A stretch of 64,000 bases of DNA, taken from Phoronis australis (lineage: Eukaryota > Animalia > Phoronida). Below are positions 14,301 through 28,349 of the stretch, one piece after another (position 1 is the stretch's first letter; each line of letters opens with the position of its first letter). The DNA is taken from NCBI GenBank assembly GCA_002633005.1, contig NMRA01000127.1, positions 701,946-765,945 on the forward strand. The letters are read 5' to 3'. The notes under the pieces were generated by a model. It saw only the letters and a program-made list of their open reading frames with translations, ran no database searches and was not told the DNA's origin. Position numbers and translations under genes: made by a program.

Positions 14301-16462
14301 CAAATCATTTTTTTATTTCATTTGATGTTTTGTGTCTAATAGCGCAAGCTTGTGTGGACTGTTCTTGCAGTTTTAGCAACAAAGAATTTTTCAGTAGATG
14401 GAGCTGCATACCGATGCATTTCTCAACATCAGTCAGTCGGAATGTTTGAATGTTATTTCCAGCCAATTACGATATTCGAATATTACTTTATTCTGTAAAC
14501 CAATCAAAAGCCATGTTACAAATATTTTCCCAGTGCTTCCTGTCATAGCATTGGAGCAGAGTGGCACATATTGCTGTGATGGAAGTTACCATGGAAACAA
14601 TGTGACACGGTGCAATTGGAATCCTACTGGAATAGCCGTTTTCTGGTGTATTAGAAATATGGTGAAATATGCCTTACGTCTAGATGGGGATTAGGTAGTT
14701 GTTAGACAGATTTCTGCAGTCTTGTACGAGGATTTGATGCAATGGGGTTTCCAAGCATTTTACATAAATCCGTTGTGATCATTGCCAATTTATTTACCTC
14801 TGTTGTACTATGATGTCCTTGATTAAAGGAATTTGCATTTCGTCCGTCTGTCACTGCGTTTCGTCTTGCACTCCAGAATTAGAAATTGGGTCGAGCGAAA
14901 GTTTTTTAAACACTGTCACAATGCTAAATGTGACTCCGAGTTATCGCAACTCCATCTCAACTTGCCTTACCTTTTACACTTCAGTAATAGTTACCACTAG
15001 TTCTAGGGATTAAATACCTGATGGCGTTGTTGACTCATAACCATGACTTGAATACAATATCTGTGTTGCATGATGCAACCTCCAGCAATTACTCCCATTG
15101 GAGTGGGGTTAACCTTTTCCACTGCAGGGGAGTTGTTCAACTCGGCAGTTTAAATAATCTACTCATTTCGTGAAGTTTGGGAATTGCATTTTTTCACTGA
15201 TCGAAACGCTGCAAAACAGGAGAGTTGCGGAGTTAATGGGAAAGCGACAAATGAGTTGTATGTAGAATGTCTTCTATTAAAAGCTGTCAAAGCAAATGCA
15301 ATCATTTCTATGGCCATCATGAGAGCTATGTCATTAATTGGTGCAGCTGCATGTATGCAGCTGTTCCAAGGACATTTCATTGTGATAGCGTTCACCTTCA
15401 CTTTCACCCATAGTATTTTCTGAACGTTCTCATTGACTGATTACTTCTGCATTGGTATATTCTCTGAATTGTTGTAGCAAATGAGGGACAGAATTCTCAG
15501 CAGCGACAACTTGGTAGTCGACCACATCGACATAATGGTCGACCAGGTCAATAGCATCGTATCCGTCACTTATTACCTACCAAGTCACCTGTGGACCCAT
15601 CACGCCTCATATCTATACACCACATACTAATGGGATGTGGTCATCCAAGCACTGACACAGTCCTGTTCCTATCGTGGTGGTAAACGATGGGGTCAATTCA
15701 GTTTACTAAGAATGTTAACTCTCAATAATTAATAAATAGTTGTATTTGCTTCACAAGTCAACATTTAGTGTGTATTATCTTGTTTAAATCCAGTCAGATC
15801 ATCTCCACTTGCGGCATTTTAGCTGCCATCAAAAGCAATGCCAAGGGAGAATTTCTGCTTTAATGACTATCAATTTCTTCTGCTTCCCTTACTCGTAAAT
15901 TGTCTCTTTGTCGAACTACAGTTTTGAGCAGTATTAGGAAATGTCATCAATTTCCACGACATGTTGTTTGGCAGTTCTAAATAAGCTGACTCGTGGACCA
16001 GACGGTCTCGCCACCTGGTGACTGACATGGTGCTCCTTCGTCTATCCCGATTTAGAGCCCGAGAATAGACCCAGTTGATCACTGCACAAAGTAGACAGGA
16101 TCAGGAACCTCGGTGAGGTTATGGAGCAGTAGTGACTCTGTTTTGAAATCTTTCCCTCATCTGCTACCATTATTGAATGGACCATGTAAATGCCAGATGA
16201 ACATCTTGCATTTGTCATGTCATTTTGTGACATGTCAATACAACTGTCCAAGCATGTAGTAGATGGTATTTAATTGGTTTCTTGTAGGTATATAATTTAA
16301 ATAATGTGAATGAGACCCAATGTCCAATATAATCCATACAAGTCTTGTATAAATGTTTAGATAAGATTTCGTGGGCAATGCTTTGCAATTGATTTTCTGT
16401 TTTGTGAAAATCTAGTATAGTGAAACTACACAGGGCATAAATGAAGAAACTGAAGTGTTTTG

Positions 16463-17039
16463 CAGAGCTCGATTTGGCGACCAGTAGTTCGCTAAGGTGA
16501 CTTCAGATTGTGTTTGGAATACTGGGAAAATCCCCAAGTTGTCACAAATTTGCTACAATGAGTATCAAAGGCAGACAATAATTCACTTGAAATTCATTTC
16601 AAAATTTGTATTGATTTCCTAACTTTATATTAATAACATTTTTCTGAGATTGAATACCTTTCGTTCACAATCGTTCCATTTATTTCGTGAAATCATTACT
16701 TTTGCCACCCTCAGCAGCGAGCACACATCAAGCATGCGCCTAAATTACTTTAGCAAGTAAACAGACGGAAGTTGGAATTGTTTGGCAAAAATCGGTTAAG
16801 GGCGAACATGAAACATGCCTCCAGTGTACTAGTGGGCATTGAGTTCGAGATTGAATGGTGTACATGCATGGGAGACTAGAGGTATGAGTAATTTTCTATT
16901 AAAGCTGACTACGGCACAGTTTTTGTTTGGTCAACAACCTCCGACGACAATTTTAGCGAACTCGAATTTGATTTGGCGACATGGGATTTTCGGGAAGTCG
17001 TCTTTGGCGAGTTGGCATTAAGCTAACGGTCGAGCACTA
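16463..17039. mobile_element. Family B TIR element, inverted relative to the 2427 copy
   Basis: CAGAGCTC...GAGCACTA termini flanked on both sides by GTTTTG. Confidence 0.7.
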
Positions 17040-20000
17040 GTTTTGCCATTTCTTACTCTTTTATTTTCTCATTTTTTTGTAAATGGCATGTAGTATCAAA
17101 ACTATGCTTTTTCATATTCAAGTTCTGTACTAAAATTACCAACAGACATTCACTACAACAACAGAAGTCCTTGAAAAATGAAAAAAGAGTCATTCTGAGG
17201 TAATCTTGAAGACGATTTCTTAGATGTACAATTGCAACTTAAGTCCGCTTGATCAAAGCGGTTTAGCAATCTAACAAGATGCACGCCAGGGTGATTTATG
17301 AAACAGTGGCATTATGATGTTTGATTTGGCAATTACTTATGTTTAAGGGTTATTGTGGCAGAGCTAAATTACTGGTCACTGTCTGGGAGATTATGTTGTA
17401 AGAATACTGTCAGGTGCCCCGGGGTAATTAATTACCTTTGCTTCTATTTAATCAGCTTATAGACCCACACAGCGCTTATCTCCAACTTCAATTTGGAATA
17501 AAGCATGTTGGCAGTGGTGAATCTTCCCGTTAAAACAATCCATTGTGTCCATTTTTTACCATATTTACTGAGGAACTTTGACTCAATGTATTGTAGGCCT
17601 CAAAATGTGGCTTACTTGAGAACACCTATCTCAGAAATTGCTGAATGGGGATTCATATGTCACTTTCAGGTGCCAGACTTAATGCACTGTTCTCAAAAGT
17701 GCTGTTAGGAATTGTTTATAAAATGTTCCACTTTTGCATAAGGAGCCACTACGAATAGGGTTTTCATGGTTTTTAAGAGATAATTCAAAATTTGCATAAA
17801 ACGGAATTTAAATGGTAATTTAGGAAATTGTAAAGGATTTTTGAATGTCATATAGAACCTTCATATCAAATGAAATGTGGCCATGTTATTGTCACCATTG
17901 TTTTCCTTTGAATGTACCCTTTTTGCTAAATTTTTATTGATATCAAGTCAAAAATCAGGCATTCTACTTTCAGAGAATATATATGTTTACTGATTTAAAA
18001 TCTATGGTCTTGTTAATCTATGCGGTTAAACACACAGACATGTCAATGAAGTCCTATAATTATGTTAAAAAACAAAGTCAAAGGGTTCCACCTCAGACAG
18101 CTAACGAAACAATGTTTAAAGTCAAATATGGCGCTGTATGGGGTTGTAGGACCCTTTCAAACAAATTACTGGAGAATGGACAAGTTGGTTTAAAATGCCT
18201 CGAATGCGACACCATCCAGGAGCACTCATCCGTGCAATGCTTCATGGGTTTCCACTTGTTTTTTCTCTATTCGAGATTGTGTTGAGAATTACCTTGGTAT
18301 GAGAGGTTCTTGAATGGACAATTTCTGCGAGAAAATTGATATTCTAAGATTTGCCACAGTGTGGAGTCAAACTTGCAATCCCCACAATTTAAGGCTTTGC
18401 TGACAGAGCCACACCCCACTCAACAGTAGCAGAGTGTATTAACTAAGTGTATTTTACTGGCAAAGTCACTGGCCTCGATTTCAACAAGAATTGGCTATGT
18501 GCGATAAAATCACAAAAACAACAGATTTCATTGTTTTATAGCTCTGGTCAAAGGTAGTGTCTTCAAGAGGTTTATCTCCAAAATTTTGTCTACAATATTA
18601 CAGAAAAATTAGTTTCCAGTCACTCTGATTAATAAACTACATACTGATTATCTTTCTGGGTAATGACACGCAATACCAGTAGTGTTGGAGGGTGTGGTTT
18701 ATCCCTAATGCACTCACAGTGCCCCATAGGTAGGTCAGTTTTCTCCAGTTGCACAGAGGCGTATCCACAAATTTGTTATGCGTTATTGTGTCGATCTTAA
18801 AATCCGTTTGGCTTTCACTAGCTTTAAGATCAGTTGTTTGTTTTCGCCTCAAAACTGTTTTGCTGTTGTTCATACGCTCACATGTTGTGCATGAATTTCG
18901 CTACGCAGGTGGTGCCTGTTATGATAGTGAAACATGCCGATATCTCTACACGTATGTCTGGGCATGTGTCTAACAGAGGTTCTAACATCTACAAAAATCC
19001 CCAAAATACATTTTTCAGTCGTAAAACCGATGATGTCCCTTTAATGTTTTATGCTGTAACGAATGCTTCCTGTCAGTGTTCTTAATTACCTTTCTGTGCA
19101 AACAAGCTCATGTAATAACCGGCTTGTCAACATTTTTTCTGTACTTTACATCTTCAAGGTTTGTTAATTAGGCTGTGTTATCAAAAGCTTTCTGCGTGTT
19201 CAACACTTGAAAAATTCAGGACATTTTGGCCTATGTTGGCTCAAGTCAAATAATTCATGCTAAGATGAGGCAGGAGTTTTTTATGAAGCGTACTATCTTA
19301 AAAGCTGTGTCTGATGTACAAGAGTATGAATAGAAATAGCCGTTAAAAGTCTTGTGCAAAACGTAACGTTGCAGTTCAACTCATGATGTTTTTGCTTTTG
19401 AAATGAAACTGCAAAGCTTAACACTGACTAAAGAAAAAAATGCTTCGGCAAAATACAGCATTGCAAACTGAGTTCTACATATTGTCGAAGACATGGAAAG
19501 CAAGAAATTGTCATCTACCTATTTTAGAAAGATAGTTTATGACAAAGATAACTAGTGGAGTTATCTCCTCCATTTTGAAAAAAGTTTCAGTGTTGCTGTG
19601 AATGCTCACAATTTTACCTAATATTGTTTGATGGCTACTATACATAATAAATCACTCTGACATTGAAGCAAAACAGTCTCTTATGTTATTTTTTGTGAGG
19701 AATTTGAAAAAATATACATTGCGCCACCTGGTGCCTCAAATACAATTATAGTTTTCTAATAATTGTTGCCGTATTTTCTTGTCAAAAATTGAAAAATAGC
19801 AATAATTCAGTCTGGTTTTCAAATAAATTGATGTCTATAGAATAATCTTTGCCTGTTAGACAACATGATGAAATTCTAATTGAATATTACTGAGTATGGC
19901 AATGAAAGAACCGTTACGGTGAATACTTAGAAGAGTTTCAGGAAACGCAGCCTCTGTTCTGTTATTTAGCTATGGTAAAGTTGTTATTCTCCACATCGAT

Positions 20001-20318
20001 TTTCTTATGAATCTTGAAACAGTCTTTGGGTAGTGGGAATTATTGCACTTGATTATGTCAGTGCTGTGCGAAAAGAAATTCAATTAATAGTCTATTGAAG
20101 CAAGATTTCACAAGAACACTTCATTTTATCTATGAAATTATTGACCCGTTGATTATAGCTCGGCTGTTCCTCTGAGATTGCTTTCAATTGAGCCCTTGTG
20201 CCTTTGTCCTATAGCACTTCGATGATATATCGTTGCATAGCTGTTGGCCAGGTTTTTTGAAGCAGCTGAGTCATGCAGATAAAAGTAATTCAGTGAATAT
20301 TTCTCGTGGCGTATTATT

Positions 20319-21907
20319 GTGTGACTAGTTGATGCCATGCTATGGAAAGCCATAGTGGAAAAAATTCCAGGACATATTTTCTATGGAAGATTTAAAAACA
20401 GACCAAAACATTATTTTTACTCTACAGGACCAAAAATTAACACCTCGAAAGCAGAATTTTCATTTATTCAAGAATTAAAAACATTCTAAAACATTATTTT
20501 CACTCTTGTAGACCAAGAAGCAACTCAAGACCAAAATTTATTATATCAGGACCGAAAATTTAATATGCCAGGATGGAAAATTTATCATGCCAGAAAATCT
20601 TCATACTAGGAAACCAATTATTGTGACCAACCAAAAGCAGTGACCCCTCAAAGTGATGTCAGTGCTAAGTATACAAGGGCTAAGCGTTCACCTATGTCTT
20701 GCCAACGTCGTATCATTGTGACAATGAAGTTGAATTTCTGTTGTCTCTTCGGCACTTCACAACAGAAGTCAATGTACTCTTATTAGACTTAAATAGGACT
20801 GAGTGTTACAGAGATGCAGGGGATCGTCTTGTCAGTTTGTGGATGGTCACGCAGTCTCCTGGAATGAAAATTTCCTGTCCTAGCATGAAAATTTCCTGCC
20901 CTGGCATGATAAATTTTCGGTTTTGGCGTTATGAATTTTTGGTCCCCTCTGACGTGTTAAATTTTGGTCCTGGTGTGATAAATACCGGTTTTGAGTTGTT
21001 TTTTAGTCCTGCAGCACTTAAATTGTTGAATAGAAAATTTGTGTTTTCCGACAAGTCCTTTGCTCTTACGCTCCACACGTACAGTTAAATATCACTTTAG
21101 CAAAAGTTTGAGNGTGTGACTAGTTGATGCCATGCTATGGAAAGCCATAGTGGAAAAAATTCCAGGACACATTTTCTATGGAAGATTTAAAAACAGACCA
21201 AAACATTATTTTTACTCTACAGGACCAAAAATTAACACCTCGAAAGCAGAATTTTCATTTATTCAAGAATCAAAAACATTCTAAAACATTATTTTCACTC
21301 TTGTAGACCAAGAAGCAACTCAAGACCAAAATTTATTATATCAGGACCGAAAATTTATTATGCCAGGATGGAAAATTTATCATGCCAGAAAATCTTCATA
21401 CTAGGAAACCAATTATTGTGACCAACCAAAAGCAGTGACCCCTCAAAGTGATGTCGGTGCTAAGTATACAAGGGCTAAGCGTTCACCAATGTCTTGCCAA
21501 CGTCGTATCATTGTGACAACGAAGTTGAATTTCTGTTGTCTCTTCGGCACTTCACAACAGAAGTCAATGTACTCTTATTAGACTTAAATAGGACTGAGTG
21601 TTACAGAGATGCAGGGGATCGTCTTGTCAGTTAGTGGATGGTCACGCAGTCTCCTGGCATGAAAATTTCCTGTCCTAGCATGAAAATTTCCTGCCCTGGC
21701 ATGATAAATTTTCGGTTTTGGCGTTATGAATTTTTGGTCCCCTCTGACGTGTTAAATTTTGGTCCTGGTGTGATAAATACCGGTTTTGAGTTGTTTTTTA
21801 GTCCTGCAGCACTTAAATTGTTGAATAGAAAATTTGTGTTTTCCGACAAGTCCTTTGCTCTTACGCTCCACACGTACAGTTAAATATCACTTTAGCAAAA
21901 GTTTGAG
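20319..21907. repeat. 794-bp direct duplication (20319-21112 and 21114-21907) separated by a single N; probable false duplication
   Basis: Copies are colinear with about 8 substitutions by manual comparison; the junction is exactly the only N seen in the window (21113). Confidence 0.9.
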
Positions 21908-24533
21908 GATACACAAACAACTGCTAGTTACTGAGATAATTTCTATGAATTATTTCAAGACTGGTGTGCTCATAATTACTAGATTGTAACTTTATTCATC
22001 AGTTGTGAAGCTAGGGAGTGTAAAACCAAATTTCTGTCTTCAGTTGTGTTTCATGAAGCAGATCCCAGACCTCATGAACTCAGTTAAACAGAGACTACTC
22101 CCAGGAGCAATGAACGATGACTGATTTCGAATTTGGACTTGAATGAAGATGATCGAAACTCATTACGCGAAGAGCAGTTTATTGGTGAAAAACGCAATAC
22201 ATTATTGTACCTATGAAGTGCAGACCTCTCAACTGTCTAGCTGCCTTCGCTTCTGACTTGTTTGATAATTGCAATGTACGTTTCCAATTCACGCGATGCT
22301 AATTTGAAGCCGTTTCCACCCAGTGATTGTCGCAGTAATTTGAAATTTGGCTTTCCCAAATCCTTCTATTAACTAATTCGCGCTAGGGTGGAGGGAAGAC
22401 CTGGGGTGCAAATTCAAGGCACGACATTAGTCTCGCAGAGGAGCCCAAAACTGCAATTGATATATAGGTGGAATGCTAGTAAGAACATGGATGAGCTAAC
22501 TTTATCGTGTGTACAATTTTGCAGAGTTAGTGTACATGGAACTGAGCTAACAGGTTTCAGATGGGTCAGCCACTTCTGTGCTGCTGCAGTGGAGGTTAAT
22601 AAAGTGTTCCCTTGTCTGTGCACACGTAATCAAACATCCCATCTGGTCAACATCCTGTATCTGCTCCCTCTAGTGTCAAGTTCTGGTACTTGCTTCAGGT
22701 CAACCAAGTACAGCTATTGTAAGGTCTCACCTATTTCCGACAAATAATCGCCAAAGTAGACTTTTCTACTTTTCAAGAGCTTGTAGGATGGTTGTGGGGT
22801 GCCCTTAATTGTAAGCTATGGTATGTGAAAAAATAATTAAATTTTTGTTTTTCAATTTTCCACCAAATTGTTTCTTATAAAATTGGCGAGATTTTACCCT
22901 GCAGTCATTGTTCACTTGTTTTGCACATAAATTCTTGTTTTTCTGTATTTCAAATGCTGATAACTTTGCAGCGATTGGTGGAAACAAATGTTGTTTTATG
23001 ATATCCAGACTGTTCAATCCAAGGGAAAAATAGATGTCTATTTTCTCTTTTTTGTTGAGAAATTTGATAAAAATTAAATTTTACTTGTCCGACATATTGT
23101 GTGCTAAATACGTGAAAAATTATCCTGTGTATCTCAAAACGTGTGAAGATTTCTAGATTGCCTTGTTCTCCGGCAGTTCTGTTTTGACTTTAGAGAGACC
23201 AAAATTGGTATCCTGCTATTTCTAATGTCTGTTTCTAATTACAAAAAACACTAGTTCTTTGGAATGTAAACTCAGGTATTTGATTAGAAAGAGCAGTAAA
23301 TCATTTATCTGAAAACCTACTTTTTCTGACATTTGTTGGTATTTCTCCATGTGATGGTAGTTTTAACAGCAGTTGAATGCTTGCAGTTTAGCACTCCATA
23401 CTGGTCCAAGTGCTACTGAAATTTTGTAGTGTTTCAAATTTTTGAAACAGATTATAACATTTTGAAAACCTGTAGAATGTAGTTACCATCTGAAACTGAC
23501 CAGTTTTGTAAATATTTCTTCCAAATTGAAGAATGTTTATGGTAGAGTATCTGGCCATAGTCAAGGTTTGATTTGAGAGTTCCAGGAGCTTGGCTGCACA
23601 TAAGAGGCTTGGCCTGGTTATCTGGGCCATTGACCACTAAATTGTACTGGAGACTTGACTAGAAAATTGACCAATCCCTGGGCATTAAATTTTCACTCCA
23701 TTTACATGGTTAGTTTTAGAGTTGGGTTTCAAGTTAAGACATTTGGTGGCTCATGGCCCTGGTGTATACAGACATTTTGAACTTTTTTATTCTCTGGGGA
23801 AAACTATAGAAGATAGGTATCTTTGTATTTGGAATAGACCTTTCCAGGATAATGGACTCTCCTGTGTAAGGGGATAGAAAAATGCATTGCATGGCTGTCC
23901 TACTTTTTATAAAGTCAGGCACACCTGAGGTGACTAACAAGAGGAGTAGGATACATTTCACTTTCAGTACTGGTGTGGATTCTGCCTTTTTTCCAAAAGA
24001 TTTTCTTAATGTCAGCACTACGACTCAAAATGCAATACTGCATTATATTGCCAGCGTTATGAGAAATTGCATAATAACGAGATGTATTTTGAATGTAAAT
24101 TTCATGTTGATCGAATGAGAAATTAGACCTGTATCAATTGTGAACTAAGAATCATAAAACAAACAAAAAACAGCGCACTTGGAGAAATCTCATTTCACGA
24201 AGTAATGATTGGGATATAAAATGACTTGTACATTTGCATGTGAAGAAGGACCAGTACTTGTCCCATGCGTTGCATTGTGGGTAAATACCTTAGAAGCAGA
24301 ATGGTGCTGTGCTATTTCGGGACAGGACTACTCTCCAGTTTGTGAGATACATCTGGTTTTGTAGGCAATAAGTATTTGTATTCCATGCTTAAACTGTATT
24401 AAATAACGACACCTTTTGAGATGATAGTTAAAATTCGCGAGATGTATTTGTTAGATCCTCTGAACATGGTTACAACGAGAAAATTGTAAATTGTGTGGTA
24501 TACATGCACAACTGCTATAATCGATTATTTTTT

Positions 24534-24943
24534 CCCGGGGAGTACTTGGCTATATTTTTGATTAGGGTGAACCTTGAAAAGTAGGATGTCCACCCGTTTA
24601 GGGAGAGAGAAATAAAAAATGGACCCATTTTTAAGGAGCTTCCATGAAAAAGTAACCCTTTTTCTAAGGTTCTGTTCCAATACCATGCTTTTTGTAACAG
24701 TTATGTAATTTCCATAAACGTAACACTTTAATAGGGAATCTTGGAGAATCAGATTTTTTAGCTCATTAAGTCCCAAAACAATCCAAGTATAGATGCTATG
24801 TTTTCAAACGTGATTATATCTCTTTCAACCAGAGTTTTAATTAAAAATATAATATTTTGAAAAGCCACTCCTTTTACAGAGAAACTATCCGTGAAGAAGT
24901 CACTCTTCAAAGTGGACCCTTCGCTACGAGAGTACCCCCCTGG
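24534..24943. mobile_element. Non-autonomous EnSpm/CACTA-like element (CCCGGGG..TACT termini)
   Basis: CCCGGGGAGTACTT at left and GAGTACCCCCCTGG at right; repeated (G/T)ACCC(T/A)TTT subterminal motifs. Superfamily inferred from the termini only. Confidence 0.55.
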
Positions 24944-26448
24944 TATTTTTGTTATTTATGATTAATCTGATACCTTACCTCAGGGAAAGGTACAAGCAAA
25001 ATCAGGTTCTGTGCAATATACTGGGGCATAGAGGAGCTGGTCACCCTGATTGAATCAAATTTAAGCTGAAAGTAACTGCACCTTTCTATTGAAATTAATT
25101 GTCGGAAGCTGGGATCTGTTCAAACTGTCAGTGGAGAAGACAGCATTGACAGTTCGTTAAGTCTTACCAATACTTACAGGCTCGTAAGATTGGGAGTTTT
25201 TTCCGTTTTTCCTATGCAATCAGACACGGATCAGGGATCATGAGAGAGAGCCCGACAGACATGGTGACACTTTGCAGACCTCCATTAAGCTCTGACAAGT
25301 CATGTCAGCGCTCCTGTCTGCTTACTCCAGTTTACATCTTTACGGCAATTGTATCGGAAGTCGTTCACAAAAAATCGGAGTTTGTAGACGACTTTTCGGC
25401 AATCCTTCAAGAAGTGGACCCACTGGGGATTCATGTTTGGCCTTTCATTAAAAGAGTGTTTTATGTGTTACCTACTTATAGTAAAAGAAAAAGAAAATAG
25501 GCAAACCCAAAGCAGACTCAGTGATAGATTTTAAGATGCCCATTTGATTAACCATGGGCTGCTATTGATGAAGTGCACTTAGCCCTCAGTACTCACCTAA
25601 AATAGTTGGCTGACAGGGACTTTGAATCATCACCATGAACCATCAAACTGTTGTTTTTCAAAATATAACTCCATTGACCCCAAAACATTACTTGATCGTG
25701 GAGACTTCCAGTCGTAATAAAAATGATGACGCCTAATTTAAAAAAACTTGAACTCATTTCTTTAGTCATTGTGCATCTGAGCAGTCATGTGTTAAAATCA
25801 TGAAGAGGTGCAGTTAAAGGTGATGGGTTGAGGACTGTCTAGCCGAGTCCTAGGGTTTTCTATGTGTTACCGGTATTTTAAATCCTCATGTAGCGCCGTT
25901 CTTGAATACCATTGATTTGTTTCATGTTTTGAGGTCAAATCCTTGGTTTTGGTATTTTAATACGAGTTAGTATTCCTAATTCCGCATGATAAAAATGAAC
26001 CACATTTGGGTTGTTATTGTTTCAGTGGAAAGATTCACCTGCAGTAACTTTATTTATTCCAGTTTGAAGTTTGCGATTTGGGCTTATTACGGCTACTTAG
26101 TTGACGAATGTTTGTATTTTTTACTCCGGTGCTTTTCGGTTTCATGTGAACTTTTTCTTTATACTTTTTTGACATTTGATTAATTTAGAGAAATTCAATT
26201 AACATTCGAATTATTTTGGAGATGGGTGAAAAATTCTGTTACTGAAATACAAGCAATGGGTCATAGGTCTGAGCAAGATATAAGAAGATAAAGATAGTCA
26301 TAAACCTCGTTGGTTTGTGTAGACCTGAGGATATAAACCTCTATGGACGTGCCTCAAATTATTAAAGAAAATGGTTACAGTGGATATCTTCTAAACACAT
26401 CATCCTTTGAAATTCTGTATGAATATGGTTTCGTTTGTGCACAAGTAT

Positions 26449-26696
26449 GTAGATTTTCATGTTCAATGTTTCGCTTTAATCGCGACAATAAAACAATGTA
26501 CACTCAACAGTGTCGAGCACTAAACTGACTGAACAACCGTGATTGAGTGAATGAGCAACGATTGAACATTCAATGTTTCGCTTTAATCGCGACAATAAAA
26601 CAATGTACACTCAACAGTGTCGAGCACTAAACTGACTGAACAACCATGATTGAGTGAATGAGCAGCGATTGAACAACGTTGAACATGAAAATCTAC
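26449..26696. mobile_element. Small TIR element with an internal 107-bp tandem duplication
   Basis: 22-bp TIR GTAGATTTTCATGTTCAATGTT / AACGTTGAACATGAAAATCTAC (1 mismatch); 26462-26568 repeated at 26569-26675 with 2 substitutions. Confidence 0.75.
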
Positions 26697-27067
26697 CGGT
26701 AAGTTGCACTGATTTTGAAATTTCTTAGTAAAGGTTATATACCATATTCATCAGCAGCTGTCTGTGTTAATTCAAATCCATCTTCATTTGCTTGGAAATT
26801 CCTGTCCTGCATTATGGTGTACTGATAAAATATTAGTTACAGGCGATGGAAATATGTTTGATATAAGCAACTAAGACTGAAGCTTCGCATGCTCACATTT
26901 ACTGGTAATTCCTATGTTTTGTTGGCAACTTCACTGTGATATGGGCAATGAATGGGATTGTAAGTTGTCCTCAGTCAAATTGGAAGTTAGTTGTAAGCAT
27001 GAAGATAGGCAAGACCGATTCGCTCAAAATCGGTTTTAAAAGTCTCTTGACTAGTGCTAGTCACTTG

Positions 27068-27573
27068 AGTGCCTTTCATACTAACGTCGACGCATCGATG
27101 GTTTGGGGAGTTGCGGTCAGTATGAACACTTAACTCCAGTCCTGGATCGCAGTTAACAGCTCCAGTTTACATCGCAGTTAACAGGTGGATTTAAGACGGC
27201 AGCGTCGATGCTGCGGTGCAGTATGAACGCTTAACTCCGGTCCAATCGAAGTTATCGCCAGGTGCCACTGTTGTAGTCAATAGTTACAGAGTAGAGCCGC
27301 CACTAATAACTACTTATTTTTTTGCTCTAATGATAACCAATCGATTTAAAAAAATGAGTTTAATGTCATTTAGCACATTTAAATGTTCCAAAATTGTCAC
27401 ATTGAAAAAATCTTAGCGTGCAGCGCTACCTTGCGATAACTTCGATGACGTCAGCGTCACCAACCCTTTACTTCGATGGTCATTAACTACCGAAGCCAGT
27501 ATGAACTGTCCAGTTAACTGCGCTGTTTACGTCGATGCTCCGCTCAGACCAGAGTTGTCAATATGAAAGGGCC
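27068..27573. mobile_element. MITE family H2, inverted relative to the 33986 copy
   Basis: Starts GCCTTTCATACTAACGTCGACGCATCGATGGTTTGGGGAGTTGC (reverse complement of the 34440-34500 end) and ends TGAAAGGGCC. Confidence 0.8.
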
Positions 27574-28349
27574 ATTGGACATTGTACAACTCTTAATATA
27601 CAGCTTCTTGCGCTCAGAATGTGACAGAATTGTTATTGGTGTTTGGTGGGAAAAGTGACAGTTTAGGATTTTACAAACATTTTAAAAAGTTGCACATATG
27701 GAGTGACAGTATGTGAGTGGTATTTTGTCTGCTCTAACCACCCTCAAAACTTGTTTGCCCTGTTTGTAATTTGAGGATTATGAGAAAGTTGATATGAATG
27801 CTAACAGTATGTCTACCCCAGTGTGAGAAATTTGTTGAGTCAATTGTAGCATACAGCGAAGTCATATTTGACCAGAAATGCATAGTTGGTTCTAGTCTGT
27901 GTTAGCTGTATGGTATTTTTTAGTTGCCCTCTTTTACGAAAGTGAAAATTTACCTGAGGTGCGAGATTTTTTCTTCTCTGATCACCTGTCAAATCAGGGC
28001 GTTTCAAAACTTCCTCACATACCTTTGCAATACAAGACCTTGACAGACTCTGATACAGGTATTTTTTTAGTCTGTGAACACCTCAAAATGAGTCGGGATA
28101 AAGACTAGAAGCGACTTTGCATTTTTGAATTTCATTGCAGCAATTATTATTCCATAATTCCATTAATCTATTCCTTTGACATACTGGTCATTTCATTTTG
28201 GAATTCAATATGGCAGGGATGAAAATTTTATGTTATCTGTTGTCTCTACAAAAAGTAACAAAACACCGATTTCGGACATAAATTATTGCCAAAATAAATC
28301 GTTATTCCTCGAAGTCTTGTACTGTGGTCGCCATAATTTCTCAAAGTAC

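Noticed and set aside
20699-21883. Two apparently paralogous ORFs (MVTQSPGMKISC...)
   Set aside because: They lie in a repeat element duplicated across an assembly N; no domain similarity or splice context.
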